Shown here in pieces: positions 19,309 through 31,094 of a stretch of 32,000 nt of DNA; positions within the stretch are counted from its first letter, which is position 1, and every line of letters starts with the position of its first letter. A program made the position numbers and the translations under genes. The notes beneath the pieces were generated by a model. It did not search any database. It saw nothing but the letters and a program-made list of their open reading frames with translations, and was not told the origin of the DNA. Source of the stretch: Mycoplasmoides pneumoniae FH (GTDB lineage: Bacteria > Bacillota_I > Bacilli_A > Mycoplasmatales > Mycoplasmoidaceae); assembly GCF_001272835.1 (NCBI RefSeq), contig NZ_CP010546.1, forward strand, positions 1 to 32,000, in the 5' to 3' direction.

Positions 19309-21180
19309 ATGGGTCTTGTTTTAAAACAATTTAACAGGAAAATAAGAACAGCTTTAATTCTGGCGCCGCTTTTCACCTTTGCACAGATTATTATTGATCT
19401 TATTATTCCGTCCTTTTTGGCCAGTGCTATTGCCGTAGTGTTCTCAATTGTCACGCTTAAACAAAAAGAAGCATCAGGCGAGGGAGTTGCTGTTGATTTT
19501 ATTGCTGAAAGTAAGTTAAGTTTCCAAAGTGTCCAGGAAGCGCAAATAGTGTTAGCGACCTCAGTGATCTTGTTAGCACTCTTTGGTTTAGTGTTTGGGT
19601 TAATTTCCATTTTTTGTGCCAGCATAGTAGCGGGGAATACCTCTTACTTTTTAAGAAGGAAGATTTTTCGCAAGATTATGCACATTACCGCACCTTCTCA
19701 TGACCAATATGGCTCTTCTACGTTGTTGGTAAGGTTGACCAATGACGTTTACTTAATGGAAATCATGACCTTTGATTTTTTGCGGTTAATTGTTCGTGCA
19801 CCTTTCTTGTTTATAGGGGGTCTAGCCTTTGCTATTGCCACTAACTCTGACATGTCGATTTCGCTAGCCATTACCTTTCCTTTGACCTTCTTAGTGATTG
19901 GGATTCTCAACAAGAAATCGACCCCGTTATTTAAGAACAACCAGAAATCGGTGGACCAAATTAACGAACGCGTGGAGGAAGATGTGTCGGGTTACAAGGT
20001 AGTGCAGTCGTTTAACTTAAAGGACACGGAATGTCTCAAGTTTAAGGCAGCTAATGCAAGGTGAACTAAGTCGAGTACGAATTCGTTGTTTGTCAATACA
20101 CTGAACATTCCCTTTACCTTCTTCTTTTCCAGTATGACTATCATCATTGCGTTGCTTTTAGTCTTCCAACTAGATAATTCAGTCAGAGTGGATCCCCTAC
20201 CAGATAATGCTGCCATTAGACCCAGCATCTTTGCTTTCTTCCAGTACAACTTCTATATTGTCTTGGGTTTAATCTTGACCTCGCTAACAATGGTCAACTT
20301 TACCCGTTCCCGCGTGGCCTTGGGTCGGATTAAGGATGTTTTGAATAAACCGGAAATCCAACAACATGTGGTTCCTGATCAAACAGTTCTAGCCCCTAGC
20401 TTGGAATTCAAAAACGTGGCCTTTGGGTTAGGTAACAAGGAAAACCGGGACTTCTTGCAAGACCTTAACTTTAAGTTTGAGGCCGGTAAGACTTACGGAA
20501 TTGTGGGACCTACTGGTTCGGGTAAGTCTTTAATAGCTAATATTATTGGGGGTTTATATGAACCCAACCAAGGTGAAATCTTTGTTGGTGGTCAAAGTAT
20601 TAAAACGATTGACAGTGACTATTTAGCCAAGATGATCGGGATTGTCTTTCAGCAAAACATTCTCTTTAAGGGCACGATTGCTTCCAACATTAAGATAGGC
20701 CTGGAAACCAGGGAAGACTGGAAGCACGAACCAGATAGCAAAAAGGATGCTGCCATGAAACGCGCTGCTGCCATTGCTTGTGCTGATACCTTCATCGAAA
20801 AGTTCAGCGATACCTATGACCATACGGTGGAACAGTTAGGCAAAAACCTCTCTGGTGGGCAAAAACAACGCGTCGCCATTACTAGAACCGTTATTACTAA
20901 ACCACAAATCTTAGTGTTGGATGACAGTATGAGTGCGCTGGACGCTTTAACCGAAAAGAAGGTCCGGGAAAACATTGCCAACGAACTTCCGGGCACCACT
21001 AAGATCATTATTAGTCAAAACATTAATTCGATTAAGTACGCGCACAAAATTATGGTGATTGATAACGGTCGGATTGCTGGGTTTGACAGTGATGCTAAGC
21101 TCATGCAGAGCTGTGACATCTATGTCAAGATGAAGCAAGCACAAAAAGACCAAGGAGGTGATTTCGATGCTGTCGCATAA
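19309..21180 (+). CDS. ABC exporter half-transporter (TMD+NBD, 623 aa)
   Basis: Walker A GPTGSGKS, signature NLSGGQKQRVAITR, Walker B QILVLDDSMSALD, preceded by multi-TM domain. Joins ORFs 19309-20064 and 20086-21180. Confidence 0.92.
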
Positions 21181-22996
21181 CCAAAAACCCAATTCCTGGA
21201 AGATTTTGTGACGTTTAATTAAGTCCGTGCAAGGTCGCACTTCCTCCAAGGTGCTGTATGTCATGGTCTGTGCCATCTTTGGTATTCTCACTGGGGTTAC
21301 TAACTCGATTCTCTTGGCCCAGGGCCTGGGTTTTATTTTTCCTACCACTAATACCGAAACTGATGGTATCCAATCAGTGTACTTACTGGTATTTGCGCAC
21401 AACTTACCGGTCATGGAGCGCTTGACGATTGTTTGTGTTACCGTGGTTGTGGCTTACATTCTCATCTTTAGTTTTAACGTAGCGCAGAACTATTTAGGTT
21501 TAAAGCTGTACCAAGAGATCTGTGCCTTGTTGCGCTGAAAGGCTTACCTCAAGATTCAAAGTATGTCCACTAGTTTCTTTGATACGCAGAACAACGGGGA
21601 TTTAATGAGTCGCTTGACCAACGACGTTTACAACATTAACAACCTGTATGCCCAAGTGGGTGGACAGACAATTCAGAGTTTGTTTATCTTAATGACAACA
21701 GCGACGATTCTGTTTGTTTTAAGTCCAGTCATTGCCTTAATTTCGCTAACAGTCTTAATTGCTCTAATTGCCCTTTCCTTTCTCTTTTTAAAGAAGGCAC
21801 GCGCTGCTTATGCAAAGGTGCAAAACAACTTAGGGGACATGTCGGGTTACATTGAAGAAGTGTTGTCGAACCATAAGGTAGTTCATGTCTTGAAACTGCA
21901 AGAGGTGATGATTGATAACTTTGACAAGTACAACCGCCCGATGGTTAACCCCACCATTAAGGCCAATACCTATGCGGTGTTTATTTACTCCTGGTTTGGT
22001 TTTATTTCCAATATTACTTACTTAGCTTCGATCTCAATTGCCACGGCCTTTAGTGTGAATAACATTCCCTCCTTTGGGGTGAGTGCGATTAACTATTCGT
22101 TTATGCTGTCTTACATTGCGGCCTTACGTCAAACAGCACTCCCTTTAAACCAGATCTTTAGCTTGTGAAACTTAATCCAGTTAGGGATAGTAAGTGGCGA
22201 GAGGGTCTTCAAGATCTTGGATCTAGAAAGTCCCCAAAAACAGGCCACCATTACTAAGTTACCCAACATTAAGGGCAACATCCGTTTTGAAAAGGTAGCT
22301 TTTGGTTACAGTGCGGACAAACCAATTTTAACGGGGATTGATTTCTCGGTTAAACACGGTGACATTGTGGCCATAGTCGGTCCTACTGGAGCGGGTAAGT
22401 CCACCATTATTAACCTGTTGATGAAGTTCTACAAACCGTTTGCTGGGAAGATCTACATGGACAACTTTGAGATTAGTGAGGTGAGTGAAACTGCTTGACG
22501 GGAAAAGATTTCGATTGTGCTCCAAGACCCCTTCTTGTTTAGTGGCACGATTAAGGAAAACATCCGCATGGGACGGCAAGATGCCACTGATGAGGAAATT
22601 ATAGAGGCGTGCAAGGTGGCCAATGCTCATGACTTTATTATGCGTTTACCCCAAGGTTACAACACCTTTATTTCCAACAAAACTGATTATCTCTCGGTCG
22701 GTGAGCGCCAACTGTTAACTATTGCCCGCGCTGTTATTCGTAATGCCCCGGTGTTATTATTGGATGAAGCCACGAGCTCCATCGATGTACACTCCGAAAA
22801 ATTGATCCAACAATCAATAGGCAGACTAATGAAGGATAAAACATCGTTTATAATATCCCATCGACTCTCAATCATCCGTAATGCGACGCTGATAATTGTG
22901 ATTAATGATGGAAAAGTTTTGGAAATGGGTAACCATGAACAATTAATGCGGCAAAACGGTTTTTATGCTCGATTAAAGCGCTCTGCTGTGAAGTAA
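21167..22996 (+). CDS. ABC exporter half-transporter (TMD+NBD, 609 aa from this start)
   Basis: AAGGAGGTGATTTCG then ATG 21167 (MLSHNQKPNSW). Walker A GPTGAGKS, signature YLSVGERQLLTIARAV, Walker B APVLLLDEATSSID. Joins several TGA-split ORFs. Confidence 0.92.
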
Positions 22997-23005
22997 GATC
23001 CAACC

Positions 23006-26000
23006 ATGACGATTGCTGAAATAAGGAAATTTGCACAAACCACGCAAAAGTTTGTCGAAGCGGAAAACCTGTTTGAGCATGGTAACGTAGTCTTGCCCAA
23101 AAAATACCTCAATAAGGCGCGGGGCATGGCTGAAGTATTGTACAACAGCCAGGTCATTAAAGTAAGTTTTACGGCTAAAGATGGTGAGCTAACGTGTAAG
23201 TGTAGTTGTTTGGCTAACGTTGACAACTGCGTGCACATTGTAGCTGTATTGCTCAAATACCACCAAATGCTAGTGGAGTCCAAACGCAGTTTTAACTTAG
23301 CTGAAGCCTTTCACTTGGACTGTGATCAGGCCGAAATGCTGATTGAAAACCTCAGTTTAGAGATTATTGCCGGGGGATGAAACTTTAAGCTGGGGTTCAC
23401 GATTAACTTAGATAAGCACAATCCCCAACCGAGTGTCTTGCGCTTTTATTGTTGTGATGCGACCTTTGTGTACTTCCTTCACTTGGAAAACGACACTTTG
23501 CACTCAGTCGAATTGTCCAAGTTTAAACCAGAGGAACGCGCTACCTTACTCTTCTTTGATAAATTGTGCAAGCAGTTTACAGTGGGGTATGACCGCAACA
23601 GTTTGCTCTTTCCGTTAGCGGGTTTTTTAAAGGAGTTACAAGCCAACACGGAGCCCACCATCTTTGTCTTTAACGATGACAAAATTGACAACATCCTCTT
23701 TTTAAGGATTTCCAAAAAGCACCATGGTTTAAACCATGTTTGTGGTTTTAGTGGCAAGAAGGTATTTGACTTTGTTACTTATAAACAAAAGGAAAAGCAG
23801 ATTGTGTTGCGCTCAGCGTACCTGAGTAAGTTCACTGACTTTAAGTTTCCTTACACCATTAACATCTACAAACTCCAGTTTGGGGAACCGCTGTTCTTTC
23901 ACTTTTTAATTCAGCTAAAGCGTGATGGCTTTAAGAACTTCTACTTTCAAAGTGAAGACAGTATTGTCAAGGAAAAGGAATACCTACCGAAGCTGTACTT
24001 TAAGGTCGAGTACGATCCGGTCAAAAACAAGTTTGTCAGTGATGCCTTCTTTAAGTACAAGAACCACTTTAATAAGGGCACAACCACGGTGTATCCGCAC
24101 CGCTATTACATGGCTAAAAAGTCGGATCGCGGTGGTTTTAACCGCTTGTTGTTTTACGAAGAGGCCGTGGAAAACTTCTACCAAGACCAGTTTGATTTGG
24201 GTTACTTCCGTAAGTTTGAACACCTACCGATCCAGGACAAAAACCAGATTGAGGCCTTTAAAGCAGCGCTAGATGACTTAATGCCCGTGGATTTGGCTGA
24301 AGTGAGTTTATCCGATAACTTACTCCACCAAAAACCGCTTCATTTTGCCCTGTCTGATCTAGAAGCAGTTGCTGTTGATGACAAACAAATTAAGTTAAGT
24401 TTTGCCCCTAGTGCGGTTGAACTGAAATTAATTAAACGGATCTTATCCGCTTACCATAAGGGCAATGTGGTCTGTATCGACCAGGAGAGTTGGTATGACC
24501 TCAAGCAACCAGCTGCTAAAGAACTAATCCAGTTCTGAAACCAGTTTGACTTACGCAACGCTACCAGTGATGGTAATCACATCTACCTCCCGAAATATTA
24601 CTTGTTTGAAGTGGCCAAGATCTTTAGTCAGTACTTGGACATTAAAAACCTGTTTGATGTACCGACCATTAAAAAGATTGAAGACCAAAACAACAACGTC
24701 TTTGACCTTTCCTTAGAACACAAAAAGATTACTTCACTGCGCAACTACCAACAAGAAGGAGTGAAGTGAATTCGCGGTTTGGAGGAAAATAAGTTTGGTG
24801 GTATTCTGGCTGACGAAATGGGGTTAGGGAAAACGGTGCAGGTGATCTTTGCGCTGTTGGACAGCTATCTCAAAAACCACGTTAACCTCCCTAGCTTAAT
24901 TATTGTTCCGGCTTCTTTATTGTTGAACTGAAAGAGTGAGTTTGAAAAGTTTGCCCCGCAAATTAAGGTCAAGGTAGCTAACATCCCTTCTAAGGAACGC
25001 GGTGAGTTGTACGAAAAACTTACTAACGAAATCCTGATTGTGAGCTTTAACGTGTTGCGCAGTGATGTGAAGTTAATTACCAAACAGCGCTTTCACTATG
25101 TTGTAATTGACGAAGCGCAGGGCATTAAAAACGACAGCTCTTCAATTACCAAAGCTGCCAAAAAGGTGAAGGGCAACTTCTGTTTGGCCTTAACTGGTAC
25201 GCCAATAGAAAACCGCTTGTTGGACCTTTGATCCTGCTTTGATTTTGTGCTCCCAAGCTTTTTAGGGAACAAAAAGCAGTTTACCGACCAGTTTGAAAAG
25301 GAAAAAACCGACCAAAGCTTCCATTTGTTAATGCAGCGCACTAGTCCCTTTATTTTGCGTCGTACCAAGTCCAAGGTCTTGAAGGAACTGCCTAACAAAA
25401 TTACCACCGATATTTACGTAGAATTAAACCCAATGCACCAGAAGCTGTATGAGGAAGAACGTGACCGCGGTTTGGAGGAAATTAAGCAAATCCAAGACAA
25501 GAGTTCCTTTAACATCTTGACTTTAATCTTGAAGTTAAGGCACTTGTGTAGTTTACCCAAAAACAGTCAGGGTATTTTGGAAAACAGTGCCAAAAAGGAA
25601 GCTGCTTTAGAAATTATCCACGAAGCGATTGAAAACCAGCGCAAGATTATCCTCTTTACCCAGTTCATTGATGTAATTGACCACTTTAAAGACACCTTTA
25701 AAGAGCAGGGCATTGAGTACTTTATCTTTGATGGCCGTAAGTCTCCTAAAAGCCGTCACAGTATTATCGAGAAGTTCAACAATGCCAAAAACCCTTGTGT
25801 GTTGTTAGCGTCCTTGAAAGCAGGGGGTGTGGGAATTAACCTCACTGCCGCTGAAGTGGTAATCCACTTTGATGTGTGGTGAAATACCGCCGTGGAAAAC
25901 CAAGCGACTGACCGGGCCCACCGCATAGGACAAAAGAAAACAGTCCAAGTTTACCGCATTATTGCTAAAAATACGATTGAAGAGCGGGTCTGTCAAGTGC

Positions 26001-26098
26001 AGGCCGAAAAACAGGAGTTAGTGAGCAAAACGCTAGTGGAAGACGTCAATTTTTTCGAATCCTTGACCAATGAGGAATTATTACGTCTTTTTGAATAA
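23006..26098 (+). CDS. SWI2/SNF2-family helicase with N-terminal SWIM zinc-finger motif (1030 aa)
   Basis: [19 protein letters not shown] (CxC...CxH); [20 protein letters not shown]; [10 protein letters not shown]; [13 protein letters not shown]; [21 protein letters not shown]; [17 protein letters not shown]. One frame across multiple TGA. Confidence 0.94.
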
Positions 26099-26111
26099 AT
26101 CAAAGCAGTTT

Positions 26112-26117
26112 TATAAT
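26112..26117 (+). promoter_or_regulatory. Candidate -10 box (TATAAT) for dnaJ
   Basis: TATAAT 27 nt upstream of the dnaJ ATG. Confidence 0.5.
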
Positions 26118-26143
26118 TAACACTCGAATGATTAAAGTGATAA
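26117..26143 (+). promoter_or_regulatory. CIRCE-like HrcA operator
   Basis: TTAACACTC-N9-AAGTGATAA against consensus TTAGCACTC-N9-GAGTGCTAA (1 and 2 mismatches, exact 9-nt spacer), directly abutting the dnaJ ATG. Confidence 0.7.
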
Positions 26144-27316
26144 ATGGCCGCTGGTAAACGTGATTATTATGAAGTGTTAGGCGTTTCCAGATCCGCCACC
26201 GCACAAGACATCAAACGAGCTTTCCGCAAGCTTGCTATGCAGTACCACCCCGACCGCCATAAGGGTGAGGGTGAGACTGTCCAAAAACAAAACGAAGAGA
26301 AGTTTAAAGAGGTCAATGAGGCGTACGAGGTCTTAAGTGACACCGAGAAGCGTGGTATGTACGACCGCTTTGGCCATGAAGGGTTAAATGCCTCTGGCTT
26401 CCATGAAACTGGGTTTAATCCCTTTGACATCTTTAACAGTGTCTTTGGTGAGGGCTTTTCGTTTGACATGGACGGGGGTTCACCGTTTGACTTTATCTTT
26501 AGTAGGGGCAAAAAGTCGCGGCAAAACCGGGTTGTTTTGCCCTATGATTTAGAGATTGCGGTGGGGGTAGACATTAGCTTCTTTGAGATGACTAATGGTT
26601 GTACTCGGACGATTGAATATACCAAACGGGTGACCTGTAGTGCCTGTGATGGTTTTGGGGCTGAAGGGGGAGAAACCGGGATGGTTAGCTGTAACAGTTG
26701 TGAAGGCAATGGTTTTATTTTGAAGAATCAACGCTCCATCTTTGGTACAGTCCAGTCCCAGATGTTGTGTCAGAGCTGTGGTGGTCAGGGTAAACAGGCC
26801 AAACACAAGTGTAAGACTTGTAAGGGAAGTAAGTACAAGAAGGTACCAACTACCAAGGAAATTCAGATTCCCGCTGGCATTTACCATGGTGATGCGTTAG
26901 TCGATGACCATGGTGGTAATGAATTCGGGGGTCACGTTGGCAAGTTAGTGGTCCATGTGGGGGTACTACCGAGTAAGATCTTTAAACGGGTTGACCATAA
27001 TGTAGTAGCCAATGTTTTAGTCGATCCGATGATTGCTATCACCGGAGGGAAAATTGAACTCCCTACCTTAGAAGGCATTAAGGAATTCAACTTACGTGCT
27101 GGTACTAAGAGTGGCGAGCAAATAGTAATCCCTGGTGGTGGGATTAAATTTACGAAGAACTTCCGCAAGAAGGCCGGGGATCTCATTATTATTATCAGTT
27201 ATGCCCGTCCAAGTGAATACAGTGCGCCAGAGTTGCGCAAGCTCAAGGAATTTATTAAACCTAATCAAGAGGTAAAACAATATTTAAACGCACTTAAGAA
27301 TGAATACAAGTCCTAA
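26144..27316 (+). CDS. dnaJ: Chaperone protein DnaJ (390 aa)
   Basis: J domain with HPD, G/F-rich region, four zinc-binding Cys repeats ([32 protein letters not shown]). Confidence 0.97.
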
Positions 27317-28229
27317 GCAAAGTGGTTATTTAAAGGTTGGTAATGGTCATGAGGTCTACTTTTGAACTGCTGGTAATCCCCAAGGAAAATCAGCACTTTA
27401 CGTTCATGGGGGACCAGGTTCGGGTACGGATGCGGGTTGTTTAAAGTACTTTGACTTAGACACTACCTATGTAATCTTGTTAGACCAACGGGGTTGTGGT
27501 CAAAGTAAAGCGGTTAATCCCTTACTGCACAACACTACCCAAGACTTAGTTGGGGACTTGGAAGCGTTGCGCCAACACTTAAAACTTGAGCGTTGGACCC
27601 TATTTGGTGGTAGTTGGGGTTCTACTTTAGCCTTAGTGTATGCCATTACCCATCCCCAAGTAGTCGAACAAGTCTTTTTAAGAGCGCTCTTTTTGGGCCG
27701 TGAACAAGACTGGGCTGAAATGCTGTTGGGCTTGGGCAAGCTCTTCTACCCTTACGAACACCAAACGTTACTGAAAGCCATTCCCCAGGCTTGTCGCACT
27801 GACTTTACGAAATTCACTAACTACTTTTATGAAGTGTTGCAAGGTAACGATTCCGCTTTAAAAACGCAGTTAGCCAACGCTTGGGTTAAGTGGGAAAATA
27901 CCTTACTATCACCGATTAGCTATGTCAAAGACGAGAAAGCAGAAGATGCGAACTTTACCTTTAAGTTAGCGCTCTTGGAATGTCACTACGCAAAGCACCA
28001 CAGCTTTTTAAAACCGAACTTTATCCTGGAAAATGTTGCGGTATTAAAGGACAAACCGGTGCACTTAATCCACGGCCGTTTTGATCTAGTCTGTCCGTTA
28101 AGTCAAGCCTTGGAACTCAAACGTGCTTTACCAACGCTTAACTTGTATGTAACTAACAATGCCGGGCACAGTGGCAGTGATCCCAATAACCTCACTACCA
28201 TTAAACACCTTTTAAAAACACAACTGTAA
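27300..28229 (+). CDS. pip: Proline iminopeptidase-like alpha/beta hydrolase (309 aa)
   Basis: [59 protein letters not shown]. The start [10 protein letters not shown] lies upstream of the ORF track start, joined across TGA. Confidence 0.92.
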
Positions 28230-29767
28230 TGAAACGGTGTTACATTACCACCCCGATTTACTACGCCTCGGGTAAGCCCCACATTGGCCATGCCTTTACG
28301 ACCATCTTAGCGGATGTGATTAAGCGGTATAAACAGCAAAACGGTTATGAAGCTTACTTTCTAACTGGTACGGATGAACACGGCAACAAAATTGAAAGTA
28401 AGGCCAAAAGTTTAGGTCTAGATCCCCAAACCTTTGTGGATCAAAACGTGGCTTACTTTCAACAAATGTGAAAGCAGTTAGACATTAACTTTGACCACTT
28501 TATCCGCACCACTGATCTTAGTCATAAAGCCCAAGTTCAACAGGCCTTTCAACTACTTTATGACAAGGGGTTAATTTACCAAAGTAACTGGGAGGGTGCT
28601 TACTGTGTCGAGTGTGAGCAGAACTATTTCACTTATGATAAACAAACAATGTTGTGTGAAATAGGTCACCAGTTAACCCTAGTCCAAGAACCATCTTTAT
28701 TTATTGCCTTTAAAGATAGTAAGGACTGGATTGGGGAAATGATTGCGACAAACAAGCTCAACATTACCCCTGAATCCAGAGCCGCTGAGTTAAAGAACAA
28801 CTTCTTGGATGGGGGTTTAAATGACTTAGCTTTAACACGGCAAAACGTGACTTGGGGAATTCCCGTACCCTTTGACAACAAGCAAACGATTTACGTGTGG
28901 TTTGATGCCTTGTTTAACTACATTACTAACTTAGGGTTTGCCCATAACGACCCTAAATTTAACAAATGGTGGAACAATAATGATGAGGAACACGAAGTCA
29001 TTCATTTAATTTCACGCGAAATTACCCGTTTCCACTGCATTTACTGACCAATCTTTCTCCACCAGTTGGGTTTTAAACTACCGACCCAGTTTCTCTCCCA
29101 TGGTTGGATTGTCGATGGTAATGGGCACAAGATGTCCAAGTCGTTGGGCAATGTCATTTCCCCCGAAGAACTATTGGCCCAGTTTGGTGTTGATGGTACG
29201 CGTTATTGCTTACTTAAAGAAATGCGCTTGGACAAGGACAACCGCTGTAGTATGGCGATCTTTAAGGACATTTACAACGCTGATTTGGCCAACAGTTTTG
29301 GTAACCACGCATCACGTACCTTTGGCATGATCAAAAAGTACTTGGGCGGCCAGTTAGACTTTATCGAAGTCCAAGACCCTCAAGTAAAGCAGCTAATGGA
29401 CCAAGCGGACCAAGCGATGGTTCAGTTTGACACCGCTTGAAATAACTTCCAGTTTTACAAGGGCATTAATGGCTTACTGCAACTAGTCTTTCAAGCTAGC
29501 AAGTTAATTGACCAGTTAAAACCGTGGGAGTTAGTCAAACAAACAGATTACACCTTACTCAAGCAATTACTGTTTGCTTGTGTCCGTTGTACCCAAGTGT
29601 GCTTTGTCTTGTTAGCGCCGATCTTAGTTCATACCAGTACCCAGATATTTGACCTGTTTAACTTCAGTGCCCAAGCACGTAGTAAGACCCACCTAGCTGA
29701 TCCACAACAACTGCAAAAAATCAGCTTAGCACCTGTAATTCAACTTTTATTTAAAAGATTGGATTAA
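28229..29767 (+). CDS. metG: Methionyl-tRNA synthetase (512 aa)
   Basis: [51 protein letters not shown]. One frame across several TGA to TAA at 29765-29767. Confidence 0.95.
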
Positions 29768-29787
29768 TTAAATTAGATTAGAATTTA

Positions 29788-30228
29788 ATGACTATGCAAG
29801 TAGAATACCTCGATCTCATCTCCCAAGCGAAGGAGATTGCTGAGACCCAATTTAAGGCGGAACCGTTTTCCTTTGATGCTATTTGAAAGGAAGTAGTGAA
29901 GCACTTTAAGATCTCCAAACAAGACGAACCTAACCTAATTTCGCGGTTTTACCAAGACTTTTTGGAAGACCCTAACTTTGTTTATTTAGGGGAACGCAAC
30001 TGGAAGTTAAGGGACTTCATGAAGTTTGATGAATGGAACAAGATTTCCCAAGCAATGTTTGTGACCAAGGAAATCTTTGAAGAGGGTTATGAAGACCTGT
30101 CCAACAAGAAGAAGGAAAACGAGGAAGAAGTGAATGACTTCATTATGGGCAATGATGGTGATGACAACAGTACCGGTGATGAAATTGTGCAAGGACTCAT
30201 TAACGATTTTCGCGACGATAACCAATAA
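29788..30228 (+). CDS. rpoE: RNA polymerase delta subunit-like protein (146 aa) with acidic C-terminus
   Basis: MTMQVEYLDLISQAKEIAETQFKAEPFSFDAIWKEVV...; acidic tail NEEEVNDFIMGNDGDDNSTGDE. Gram-positive type delta, not sigma-E. Confidence 0.85.
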
Positions 30229-31094
30229 TGCTAGTAAACATCAAACAAATGTTGCAACACGCTAAGCAACACCACTATGCTGTACCCCACATTAATATCA
30301 ATAACTATGAATGGGCTAAGGCAGTATTAACAGCGGCTCAGCAGGCCAAGAGTCCGATTATTGTCTCCACTTCTGAGGGCGCTTTAAAGTATATGTCCGG
30401 ACACCAAGTGGTAGTACCGATGGTAAAGGGCTTAGTCGATGCTTTAAAGATTACTGTACCCGTAGCACTCCACTTAGACCATGGTAGTTATGAAGGTTGT
30501 AAGGCAGCGTTGCAAGCTGGGTTTAGTTCCATTATGTTTGATGGCTCGCATTTACCCTTTCAAGAAAACTTCACTAAATCCAAGGAGTTAATTGAACTAG
30601 CTAAACAAACCAATGCTTCTGTGGAACTAGAAGTGGGTACCTTAGGTGGGGAAGAAGATGGTATTGTGGGTCAAGGTGAATTGGCCAACATTGAAGAGTG
30701 CAAGCAAATTGCGACCTTAAAACCGGATGCCTTAGCTGCTGGGATTGGTAACATCCACGGGCTTTACCCCGACAACTGAAAGGGTTTAAACTATGAACTA
30801 ATTGAAGCGATTGCTAAAGCGACTAACTTACCCTTAGTGCTCCATGGTGGTTCGGGAATTCCGGAAGCGGATGTCAAAAAAGCAATTGGCTTAGGCATTA
30901 GCAAGCTCAACATTAACACTGAATGTCAACTAGCGTTTGCTAAAGCGATTCGGGAATATGTGGAAGCCAAGAAGGACTTAGATACCCACAATAAGGGCTA
31001 TGACCCACGGAAATTGTTAAAGTCACCTACCCAAGCAATTGTGGACTGCTGCTTGGAAAAGATGCAGCTCTGTGGTTCAACCAATAAGGCTTAG
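30228..31094 (+). CDS. fba: Class II fructose-bisphosphate aldolase (288 aa)
   Basis: YAVPHININNYEWAKAVLTAA, VALHLDHG, GFSSIMFDGSHLPFQEN, ELGTLGGEEDGI-type, LVLHGGSGIP, NINTECQLAF. Joins 30228-30779 and 30837-31094 across TGA. Confidence 0.94.
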
